NCBI GenBank assembly: GCA_017499595.2
Contig: CM039004.1
Location: 1,178,001 to 1,242,000, forward strand
Direction: 5' to 3'
Source of the DNA: Psilocybe cubensis
Taxonomy: Eukaryota
DNA: 64,000 bases
This document shows positions 39,864-50,630 of this stretch, one piece after another; position 1 is the stretch's first letter, and each line of letters begins with the position of its first letter. A model generated the notes under the pieces. It made no database searches, was not told the DNA's origin, and was given only the letters and a program-made list of their open reading frames with translations. Position numbers and translations under genes: made by a program.

Positions 39864-40976
39864 TTAAACCACTTCGACCTTCGCCAGGAGACCGTAATGG
39901 TCACTTGCCCAAATCCAACCTTGTCCTTGCACCAGGCTAGGATCTACTTTCAGGCCAACTCCGATTCTCTCTATCGTTCTTACCTTCACGTTCCCGATGG
40001 AGAGCACTTTATCCATTCGACAAGGGGGAAACCTTCCCCGAGGTTGGTATCCCCACGTATGGGATTCCTCATTGCCGCGGTCGACCTTTGAAGCACGAGT
40101 GTTTTCAGGCGCATTCCCTGTTGATGCAGATTCACTGCCTAATTGTTGACTGTGACACGCCGTCCAGCCGTCGGTGAAACCCAACTCTGCGGGCACAGCA
40201 GCATCACGAGGGCCAATCGGATTCATATCCCCTCCGACAATTCCACCATATACGCCGGTTTCGTTTAGGTGGGAGGCAACGATCGCCAACTGTCTTGGCC
40301 TTTCAATGTCTCCGTGGCCATCAAGCGATTCAAGATGGACATTTGCCACACGCACAACTTTAACAGGGTTGCCTTGGACGTCATCCGTGTCGTCGGCTGG
40401 GAAGGAAATGTCTATATATAGCGCGTCTCTACCCATGCGACTTGTTGTAAAGATCGACCTAAATGCCGAAGTCACTTGCATGGAACTGGGTACAAGAGTT
40501 ACTGACCCATATGAGTGCCGCCAAGCTGCTGGAGATATATTTGTGAGATCGTAGTGCTTCTGGATGAACGGGTGTTTAAGTAGGGTTTCGAAAATATTGC
40601 AGTCCAGTTCTTGTATTAGGATGATGGTAGGGATTGGAGGGTCTTCGGCGAGGAGGGGTTCTATGTGGGATTGTAGGTGATCTAAGCATGTTGTAAGGCG
40701 TGGTGCCAAGAAGTTTTTGCTAAAATCTACGTTCCAAGTTGCGATTGCGAATAGCTTTGGGTTTGCGTGTGGAGTAATTGTCGAGTCAACGATATGCCTG
40801 GCCCAGATGTTTTCTTCTGCGTTGAATCGATACAAGGGTCGCTTCTCGGCCGGGTCTCCGTCTTCGAATTCGTCCTCCGAATCATCATAATCATAACCGT
40901 TGAATTCTGGCGGATACTCTGGGTCCTCCTCGTCTTCAAACACGAGCTTGCTTGCGACGAAAGTGGCCTTCGTCAT
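39864..40976 (-). CDS. Endonuclease/exonuclease/phosphatase-fold protein, TDP2-like
   Basis: Intronless ORF with TWNVDF, IQEL, MGRDAL, HLES, GGDMN, DKVL and SDHYG motifs; ATG 40976 (MTKATF) precedes an acidic N-terminus. Confidence 0.85.
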   Translation of the reverse strand: MTKATFVASKLVFEDEEDPEYPPEFNGYDYDDSEDEFEDGDPAEKRPLYRFNAEENIWARHIVDSTITPHANPKLFAIATWNVDFSKNFLAPRLTTCLDHLQSHIEPLLAEDPPIPTIILIQELDCNIFETLLKHPFIQKHYDLTNISPAAWRHSYGSVTLVPSSMQVTSAFRSIFTTSRMGRDALYIDISFPADDTDDVQGNPVKVVRVANVHLESLDGHGDIERPRQLAIVASHLNETGVYGGIVGGDMNPIGPRDAAVPAELGFTDGWTACHSQQLGSESASTGNAPENTRASKVDRGNEESHTWGYQPRGRFPPCRMDKVLSIGNVKVRTIERIGVGLKVDPSLVQGQGWIWASDHYGLLAKVEVV

Positions 40977-42403
40977 GCCTTGTGACCAATAGAAGGATGC
41001 TAGACCAAGAACGCTAAACTTTCCAAGGTTTTTAATGTGTTGGCTTAACCGACTCAATTGTGATTCTACCAAAACTGTGAGTAGGTAGTGTGTGTGATGT
41101 TGAGAAAAGAGTATTATCGGCCTGTGCGATCGGTGTGATTGCCACGGTCTGTTTGGCAAAAGACTGATAGGAAAACCGTTTCAAACTTGCTGTCTATTTG
41201 ATTATGAGCTTCCCCAGTGCACCCATTGTAATTCATACAAACGACATATGCTTGTCACAAAGTTAGAACGCCATCCCAACTGTTTCCAGTTTCCAGAATC
41301 CATAAGTAACCCCACACACTCCAAAGAAGACTCGGGCATGGTAAATGGAATTCCGTCGGTTTGTTTCCAGAAAGCTCCGGAGCCGTCTGAACAGGGTGCC
41401 AAGAAGACTACGTAGTTCAAAAGAGCGACTTTTAAGGCTTCACCATGATCGCTGAGAGCTCCTGCCAGAGATAGTTGGTCTATTTAAAGGACCACCGTCT
41501 CGCCAATCTTCTATCTCCACGCTTTATCCGCGAAAGATGTAATGAGCCAAGGGTAAGAGTGTCTTCTAGGGTAGTCTTTACCGACGTCAAGAAAACCTCT
41601 ATACCTTAAATACACGCGAAGAGTCCTCGAGAAGTAACCGGGAGCGAAGCACTATAGTCATCATGAAGGAGGCATGGCAAACCCTGACTTGGCTCGGGCA
41701 TTATACGCATTACTGCGGTCTGAAAAACCATCGATCATTGTAGAATAGATGTGAGATATTCTTACCGTGATGGTCAAGAGTTCATATGGATCATGGGAGA
41801 TGGTAGTCGCAGCTAAACAGTTGTGTGGGGATTTAGATGAGGTTCCGGGGAAGTTGGAAGGATAATATTCGACTGAAAGACCCGAGCAGAAGAACTTTTT
41901 CCCCGGACATGAGCGTGTCCATTGTCAAATGAAGCATCAAGTTGGCATGCACACAGTTCCGCAACTTGGAGAAATCCTGAATATTGTCGTCTCATCTGCT
42001 CATCGAGTCGCGGACGAGTTTACGTGCCAAAGTGCGTTGGCGCAAATACGGAGAAAACGAGGGAAAATGAGAAAAAATAGGCACAAAATGAGCTGGAAAA
42101 TGCTAGAAAAGACCCAAAGTGGACTGATATGGATAAAAGGCTGTGCATCGGGGTGATGGAAACGGAAGCTGAATCAGCCGAGATGAGCAAAAAAGGAAAT
42201 GCGCTTAACGCCGCGCCATTGTTGAAGTTTTTGAACCGCGCGACGCGTTTTTGCTTCCCACCATCATCTTCATTGATATCCCCTGTACAAAATACCCTTT
42301 CTTTCTACATACCCCAAAAGCTTTGCAAGCATTTCGCTTCATTGCACCTTTATTACCCTGCAATCCTTAATCGTTTTGCCTTTCTAATCTTCTCAACCAA
42401 AAC

Positions 42404-43282
42404 ATGGGTCGAGCTCTCTTTTCTCTCGCTTACGCCACTCCAGCGCCCGTCATCAGGACCGAGCCAGAGCCTGAGGTCGACATCTGCGAACGATGGAGTG
42501 CCTGGAACCGCTTCGACCCCGACTCTGACGATTTCTTTGAGCATGCCGAATACGAGGCTTTCGTTGGCCCCTCTCGGTCGGCAGCCCAAGAGGCCGCGAT
42601 GCCCCCGTTGGTAGAAGCAGATGCACAGCTGGACTCTCCCGAAAGTACCGAAAACAGTGTCAATGAACAAGGGAGCCCCATGGCTGTTGGATCTGATGAT
42701 CCAGCTATTCTCATTGCCGATGCCTACTCAATCCGCGCTACCACCTGGGGAAACGACGAAGAAGACAGCACCTCCAGTCCCACCGAAGCGGAATGGAGGG
42801 AAGCCGACCTCGCTATTTCCTCATCGCCAACTGACGAACATGATCAAACGTCGATCCCACCTTTTATCCCCCCTGTTGCCTTCCGGGAAGCAAGCCCTGC
42901 CCTCGAGACTGTGTCTCTCCCCTCTAACGACCCGCCCCGCTCTCCTACCCTTCGCCGAGCGGTTAATATTACACCCATTATCATCTCCCGCACTCAGACT
43001 GAAGCGATCGACCGCTCTCCCTCCCCAGATTCCCCTTCTATGCCTTCCACTCCACCATCCGGCGTCGCTTTCCCTCAAGCATTACTCACTCCTTCTCCGC
43101 CTCCCTCTGTGACACCTCGAATCTACTCTTGGCAAAGGCACTCTATTCCCTCTTTGCCTAGCAGTCCCAGCCTCCTTCGCGGCAATCGTGACGGCCTTTT
43201 AACCAACCCACACGCAAGGATGTCATTTGCACGCATCGACTCCTCACCAGCGCGTATTCGCATCCCGAGTGGTGTCATGTAG
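42404..43282 (+). CDS. Pro/Ser-rich hypothetical protein (292 aa)
   Basis: Intronless ORF, good start context (AAAC ATG G), pyrimidine-rich leader, short ordered motif WSAWNRFDPDSDDFF; function unknown. Confidence 0.75.
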   Translation: MGRALFSLAYATPAPVIRTEPEPEVDICERWSAWNRFDPDSDDFFEHAEYEAFVGPSRSAAQEAAMPPLVEADAQLDSPESTENSVNEQGSPMAVGSDDPAILIADAYSIRATTWGNDEEDSTSSPTEAEWREADLAISSSPTDEHDQTSIPPFIPPVAFREASPALETVSLPSNDPPRSPTLRRAVNITPIIISRTQTEAIDRSPSPDSPSMPSTPPSGVAFPQALLTPSPPPSVTPRIYSWQRHSIPSLPSSPSLLRGNRDGLLTNPHARMSFARIDSSPARIRIPSGVM

Positions 43283-44150
43283 ACGACTTTACGTACCTTA
43301 AGCTTGGGACATCCCGATTCAAAATTAACCAATACTCCAACCACTTTAATGACAGATTAGATGTTAGAATCTAATCGGTTGATGCTGCTTATATTTGTTG
43401 CATTTGATCGTTCAGCGTGGGGCCCACGCTTTTCTGTTATTTTCCCATTTTGAAATCGTTTGGCTTCCCTTTCTCCAATTCACCTTTCCATTCCAATTTT
43501 CTTTATCTCTGATTTATATGCTTCATTTTCTTCCTTTATTCGTCAAACTTCAAATACAGATGCATCTATGATGCAAACTCACGTTCTTTGCTGTGTCGTC
43601 TTGGTTCTTCATACATGCATATCCCACATCAGTTACCCCATATACCACTTGTAGTTGTACTGTATCGTTTTGATGTCGTGCAGCCGTCTGGTCATCTGTA
43701 TACATATATCACTTCCACATTGCTCAATGCTATGCTACCATTTCTACTCTCCTACCGTGATCGCGGTGGCGTTGTCATCGGATAGAACACGCAGAGGTAT
43801 GGATCAAGTAAAGGCTGTTTGGTGTATCTTGTGGAAGCATACTTCGAATCGTATATCTTCTTGCTACCCCGTTGACAACTCACGGAGGATTCACGAATCA
43901 CAGTGCAGCTGAATGCACGGTCCGTGCGCCGTTTGAGAACGACCGATGCACAAAAATAGATGTCCGTCCACCAAAGACGGAGATGTTCAGCAATTTGGCA
44001 ACTTTGTCGCGAGCGGCTACGTTTTATTCAACTTACTCTCGACGGTTCAGCATGGTATAAAAGGTGGTCTCTGCAAGGGAAGATGGTCATCACCATCGAC
44101 TCCTTGGCTTGTAGACTCAGTCTTCACTAGTATCCAATCCAGCCTCAAAA

Positions 44151-44730
44151 ATGAAGTTCACTGCATCTGCTGTATTCTTCTCCCTCGCCAGCCTCGTCGC
44201 ATCCGCGAGCATCTCCAAAAGGAACTGCGTTCCAGCCGCCAAATTTGGCGCTCTCAGCGCTTTTCCATCCATGATCAGCCCAGGAGAGGTGAGCATCAAG
44301 CTTCGTACGCCGTCGAGTGGAACCAGGAACTCATGATGATACGCAGACACTTAACATCGCTGTGAACTTTAACTGTGGAGCACAGTTCGGTGTTTCTCCG
44401 CAATTTTTGGAATACACTCTCGAAGTCCCGGAGAATGTCAACAACGGCGAACAACCCATCCTTCTTGCCCAGCGCCCCTTCAGCATTGCCCCAGGGACGA
44501 TTCAGCCATCTGACAATTTCGCATTGCCGGTCCGTATTCGTTTTCTACAGTCATATTGGGTTCATTTTTCTAACATTTTGCATGGCGAATATTAGCTTCC
44601 CCATGCATTTTACACACCAGGTGCCACTTACAATCTGGTTTTGAATGTTGTGTACCCCACCAATGGTACAGATGGAAGCACCGTTCTTTTGAAAGGAAGC
44701 ACTTCAGTCCCAATGTCCATTAGCTCTTAA
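44151..44730 (+). CDS. Small secreted protein with two Cys
   Basis: TATAAA ~95 bp upstream, signal peptide MKFTASAVFFSLASLVASA, KR site, three exons ending ...STSVPMSISS*. Confidence 0.8.
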
Positions 44731-45223
44731 GCTGTATATATGTATGGGATTTTTAAATACCATGATTCCTGACAACACAATTTGTCAACATCCGAGGCAC
44801 GTTTCTCAAATAAAAAGGGAGCAAACCACCGCAGAGGATGTTATATTAAAACAGCGCCTGATAGTTTCTCCGAGATCACAACTCAGGCAAGGACCTCCAA
44901 GAACCTTTAGACCAACTTTTTTTCTAAATTACTTGAAATCTTTCCTTGACTTGGATCTTAAATTCCGCCATTTTACAGTATTTTACTCGCCAAAGTATCA
45001 AATTGAAGGGGCCGGGAATCATGGGCGCTTGTTCGTTTCTCACGACCTTTGCCAAGAACTTCAACAAAGCCATTCTCACGAATTGGAAATGCGATTTCCT
45101 TAAGTCATGCAGAGTCATGCATATCATATGCATATGGCAACAATTTCAAATGTGGCGCAGGTGTATTAATTTTTCCAGATCTGATGATTAAGCGAAGGTT
45201 GACCTCCCCTGACCTCCCCCGTC

Positions 45224-46350
45224 ATGTCGGTTAACCAGCCCCAGCCTCAACGCGTCCACGAAGAATGTGCGTATCACACCCAACCTCCTGGCCACAAAGC
45301 GGCTTCCCAAGTACGGCTGGCTGACGCTTATAATATCATTTGACAGTCGATTTCAACGATGCTGATGTCGTATTCAGCTCGTCAGACAACGTTCTTTTCA
45401 GATTACACCGCAAAAATCTTGAATTACTTGGTGAAATATTCCCAGGTGGAGAATTCAGCGCGGACGGAGAAGTCGTACATCTTCAAGAACCATCTAGTGT
45501 CTTGGAGGTCTTGTTCTAATTTGTATATCCAGAACGGCGCAAAAGACTGGATGATCTTGGTCATGTCACTCTGGCCGACGTCGCTGAGGCTGCAGAGAAG
45601 TACAGGATGTACACTGCGATGGATGCATGTGAGATGCGTCTCGAGTGAGTTCTTAACAATCATCATCATACTACCGCTTTTCTGCTCAGGTGGTAATGGA
45701 AATGTTAAATTGTGAAATCTGAATGTGCATAGAGCGATTCTTCCGGTCTCCCCGTCACTCGTATTGGCTCATGCACTCAAGCACAACATTCCGAAATTGA
45801 TAAACGCTAGCGCTCGACAAATGTGCCTATGGAATGTACAAAATGTATTCAGAGGGCGTGTTCCTAATGAATATGTCGTACCATGGGTAGGTGTTGGGTC
45901 TGACAATGATCCTATCGTGACAATAACTAATTGAGGTTGCTGTAGGGCGAATACCATACATGCTGCCAAGAGATTTTATTTGACAAGCTCACCAACTTTG
46001 TCGAGTCTCATTTAAACGCGTCGAAGTATGATGAAAACGATCAAGCTTGTGCCATCACGAGTGCATACTGGTTCACAAAGAAACTTCGATCTCGGCCGAC
46101 ACCCGTGTTCACCTCGATTCAAGACAGGTTATTCTGGAATGAGTCGCTGAGGGAGCACACTGAACTTACACCGACATGTCCTTATATCCCGACTGCTGAA
46201 GCCGTATCGGAGGGTGGTCCTGAGACCTGCTGGATTCACTACGAAATCTTTGACTTCCTCATGGGTTGTATCAGGGAAGTCAACGGGCTGTCATTCACAT
46301 CCTTTATAGAGCAGGACAGAAAGAGAACCATGCCCATGGACTGGTACTAA
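45224..46350 (+). pseudogene. BTB/POZ-domain gene with one premature stop codon
   Basis: Four exons splice in frame: ADVVFSSSDNVLFRLHRKNL..VHLQEPSSVLEVLF*FVYP..VAEAAEKY. In-frame TAA at 45517-45519. Confidence 0.75.
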
Positions 46351-46649
46351 GGTTCCACGAAATTTTGAAGAGTTGCAGTGACGGCGACGAATGCACGCGT
46401 TCGATGATCGTCGATGTACCATGTAGCAGTTATGAATTTGACTTTTCAGACAAATCGTAAATCAGTTTGCTAGAGCGAAGTTTTCGCGTGCCCTGGGTTC
46501 AAAAATCTTTCCCCAAACAACGATCCAAACGAAAACATCGCGTTATACAGACAATTTCCAAAGGTTAACGCATCCATTCCAGATGAATATGATGTGGAAA
46601 GGAGCGGAGTTCAAGCGCCCTGAATCCAACAAAAATACTCGTGTCCCTA

Positions 46650-48352
46650 TTAACCCCATCGCGCGTCCCACTGACCAAGACTCTCCACCAAACACCACTT
46701 GGGACCATCTGCCACATTTGAACCATTCATGGCGACATCATCGCCGTTGCCAACCGGACGTTCGATGATGAGACTCCATGTATCCTCTCCTTCCTTCCTA
46801 GGAAGCTTTAAAGGGACACTGGGCGGCGTTTGGAGTGTACCTGTAGCTGAAGTGGTGTATGGAATATATGAGACAGGCGAACTGCTTAGAGCTTGGCATG
46901 TTATGGCAATGAAGGATGCATTTGTCGATATTGTTCCTTGGAGGCCGGAGCTAGAGTGAAATTGTTAGATAACTACAACCAGATCGAAAAGAACAAAGAA
47001 GCCGAGCTCACCAGACTGTATCGATAACACGCTTCACAAAGCCAGGACTAAGCAGGCCACGCCATCGTATATGCGTCACATCTTGCATCTGGGATGGCTG
47101 TAGAGGTTCATATACAGCGACATACGGATCGACACGGTCATTGGCCCGTAATCTAAGTAGAATGTCCAACCGTTAAAAACAGGACACTCAAAATGCATTT
47201 TGAAGACGCGCACCTTTGAGCACCGAGACACGCCATACCGACCCATTCGAAGAGACTCTGCGTTCGAAGATCCCAATCCTCTATCATATCCTCAATTTCG
47301 TCGCGGGTTGGTTGCCCCCCAGAACTTCTTTGGGTCGACGATTTTTCTGGTCGGACGGACAATGACGGTGTAGGAACAAGTATATCCTTGAATTCCTGTA
47401 CCTCACATTGCACTGGAACTGTCGTGGTTTCCTGGAAGGGAGCAGAGACGGTGGCTAGATCGTATAAAAATTAGATTTTTTTTGCAATGAGAACGGACTG
47501 ATCCATGTAGGCGGGCTAATTTAAGAATCACGGATGATAAGCAAACCAAACTCACAGTTCGCGGAATAAATGACGTTCCAAAGACCACGTCTTTCATCCC
47601 AGTTTTCCAGGCTCTTCTTCTGTTTCGCTTGGTTAGCAGCAGATTGTGCATTCTTTCGTAGCGGGATATCAATCACTAATAATTTAAACCAATATAATCA
47701 ATACACCATAGAACCGTCATGATCCTACCCAAACGCACCGTGACGATCACTTTGATTTTTGAAAGGAAGTTTCTGGCCGAGGAGTCCCAGTCGCTGATAC
47801 GACTCCGCGGTGACGGACAGGGAAAGATGGCCCCGTGGGTCCACACACCACACGTCCTCTTCATCAGCTTCATTAGAACACACAATCACCGGATCGCTAA
47901 AACGTTAGATCTATCAGCATGCATGCAACGCATAGAACACAAACGGAGGATAAACCCATCCGAAAATAAATCAAAAAAAGAGCGCACCTTTCGCTGGCAG
48001 ACGTCGCGAAGACATCAGCGTGGTGCAGGATATCCACCAGTCTGGCCTTCGCCCGCACGTAGCTTATCTCGAGCCCACGCAGAGCCTCCACCAATCTCGG
48101 ATCCGAGGGGAACACGACGTCAATCTATAAAAGAAAAAGAAAAAAAAAAGGCAAGAAGCAGCCGGGCCGACTTCGGAATTCAGTTTTTATTTTTTATGGT
48201 ATAGATTTGGGTCGCTCAGAAAGAAATCGGCTCCGGAGGGTACCAACCTGTTGAGAAAATGGATGGCTCGCTGCTAGAGATGCGATTTTGGAAGACGGTA
48301 GAGCTCCCACTGTGACTTTGAGCCGTCGTTTTTCTGGAGCCGGTGCATCCAT
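46650..48352 (-). CDS. RPP40: RNase P/MRP subunit p40 (Rpp40-like)
   Basis: SHPFSQQ, DVWCVDPRGHLSLSVTAESYQRLGLLG, SLFEWVGMACLGAQR, C-terminal ESLGQWDARWG*; ATG 48352. Confidence 0.75.
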
Positions 48353-48826
48353 GCTGGATGTCGAGTGTCAAGAAGCAAGAGTAGTAGCAAGTTCAGGTGA
48401 TCCACGATGGGCCGTGTTTGGTGTCAGGCGGCTTTGTTCATCTCCGTCTTCCCACCCAAGTTTATACTCGTTAAGCTCATTTCAGATTAGATTGCAGCTT
48501 CGGACGTCTTAATATATCACACCAGGTTATTTTGGTTTAGTTCTTTTGTATATGAAAATGAGTACAACCCTCCAATACTATAGGTAATTACATTTAGTGG
48601 TCAATGCACTTTAAAGGTGGTTAAGTGTCTAAAGGATTCTACGAGGAAACAGCGACGCAAACAAGCAATTATGATGAATAGAGGCATGGACCCATCCGGT
48701 TGAAAAAATGTGGGATGGCCATTCTGTGCTTGAAATTATGCGATGAATGAGAGATAGAAAGGATGCGATGATATGATGGACATGATGGTATGTGCAAGCG
48801 AGAGCAATGGGAGGTGCGTGAATAAA

Positions 48827-50486
48827 TTAAGCCAATGGTGCGCGGACGTATTTGCGGCGGAACTTGGAGTCAACGTGTTCCAAGTAGTAGGCGCCGGGCC
48901 AGATGTCGTCGACGGAACCTTCAGGGGTGTAATCTGACGCATTGTGGTTCTTCTCGCGAAGCTGAATTAAACGAATAATCAGTAAATCATGAGATGTAGG
49001 TAGGGAGACAGATCACATACAGAAAGAGCGTGCACGAATTCAGAAGGAGGAACGACCTTCATGGCAGCGAGGCGGGGAAGGAGGTTCATCTTGTCGCGGA
49101 TTTCGGTGGTGTCACCCTTGACCCTCATGGTCCACACACTGGAGGCGCAACCAGATCCGAAGGAGAACAAGCTGGTGCGCTTGCCAAGGAGGGTCTGGGG
49201 CTCAACGGAGGCGATCAGGGAGGCGAGGCATCCGTAGAGCGAAGCGGTGTACATGTTGCCGAGGCGCCTTGAGCAAGCCATTCCAGGGTCGGTCTTGGTG
49301 GCAAAGGACTCTTTCGAGGCGTTGATGAAGACCTTCTCGACGTTCTTGTCGGTGAGGGAGGCAGCGTGAGTGGCGGAGAGGAAGGCATCTGGGTTGGGGA
49401 TGTTGGCAAAGCGAGGAGCCTTGGGGTTGGCGAGGAAGTCGTTGAACATCATGCGGGCGTGTCCCTTGACGGCCTGCTTGCCGTATGGGCTGTGGAAGAT
49501 GGCGTAGTCGACATCCTCGAGCGAGAAGGGAACTTCAGAGGGCTTTTCGGTGGAGGTTCCGTTGAGGTGTGCGCGCTTAGCCACCTTGGCGAGCTTCTCT
49601 CGGTAGGCAGTATAGGCAGCATCGAGAGCAGCGACGTAGGTGACGACGGAAACAGGGCCATCGACTTCAGGGTACTCAGAAGAGAGTTGGGGCTTGTAGA
49701 AATCGTAAGTGTTGGCCATGTAGTTTCCGTGGACGGCTATTTAAAGACACTTAGTATCATCGACATCATTCCGAGGTGAAGAGACATACGGTCAAATACG
49801 ATGGGTGCGTTAGGGCCAATCAAAATGGCACACGCGCCAGCACCACCAGCAGGGCGAGCGGGTCCCTCAGCGTAAACAGCAATGTCTCCAGCAACGACGA
49901 TAGCGTTGCGGCCGTCCCATGAACTCGACTCGATCCAGTTGATGGCGTTGAAAAGAGCGGCAGTTCCACCGTAGCAGGCGTTCTTGGAGTCGATACCTTC
50001 GATGTCAAAGTTGCCAGACTCGGCGAAGAGATCCATGATGGTAGTCTTGACGGATTTAGACTTGTCAATGATGGTCTCAGTGCCGACATCGATGCGTCCA
50101 ATGGATTTGGGGTCGATGTTGAACTTTTCAAGGAGACCAGAGACAGCTGGAACGCGTTTTCATATGTTAAAAGACATTTGCAGCGAGATTGAGATATATA
50201 CACACCATTCAGGGCGAAGGAGTTGATGTCTTCGCGGTCATCTGGCCAGGCCATGTACTCTTGACCAAGACCAATGGTGTATTTGCCCTTGGAGACACCA
50301 TCGAACACCTCGAGATCGGTCTCAGAGATGCACTAGCGAATATCTGGCTTGAATGTGAAGCTCTGGCAGAAAGAAAAGAGAACATACACGACGGGGGAAG
50401 TAGACCTCCATGGCGAGGACACCGACATCCTTGGGGCGGGGGATCTCCGAGGCAGTGACGGCAGGGGCGTTGAGAGGGATAGTCAT
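48827..50486 (-). CDS. ERG13: Hydroxymethylglutaryl-CoA synthase
   Basis: [19 protein letters not shown] (catalytic Cys), [23 protein letters not shown]; strong C-ending codon bias typical of highly expressed genes. Confidence 0.98.
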
Positions 50487-50562
50487 TGCTTGTGAGTAAT
50501 GAAGGAGGTTGGTCAAAGAGATGGATGCGGAATGAAGAAAGGGTGAAATGGAGATGAACTGG

Positions 50563-50630
50563 TTATATAGAAAATGTCTATGGGCTGAGGAAAATAATAC
50601 GAAAGTAACCTAAAATAAATATGGTACGAT
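50563..50630 (-). promoter_or_regulatory. ERG13 promoter: TATA box plus SREBP-type element
   Basis: Minus-strand TATATAA at 50569-50563 and ATCGTACCAT at 50630-50621, upstream of the ERG13 ATG (50486). Confidence 0.45.

Noticed and set aside
38475..40976. Methyltransferase plus nuclease pair as a restriction-modification-like system
   Set aside because: The MTase has the Dnmt2 CFT signature and spliceosomal introns, and the partner is an EEP/TDP2-type phosphodiesterase.
8389..48352. tRNA-processing cluster (TRZ1, DNMT2, RPP40)
   Set aside because: Spread over 40 kb among unrelated genes; chance co-location is sufficient.
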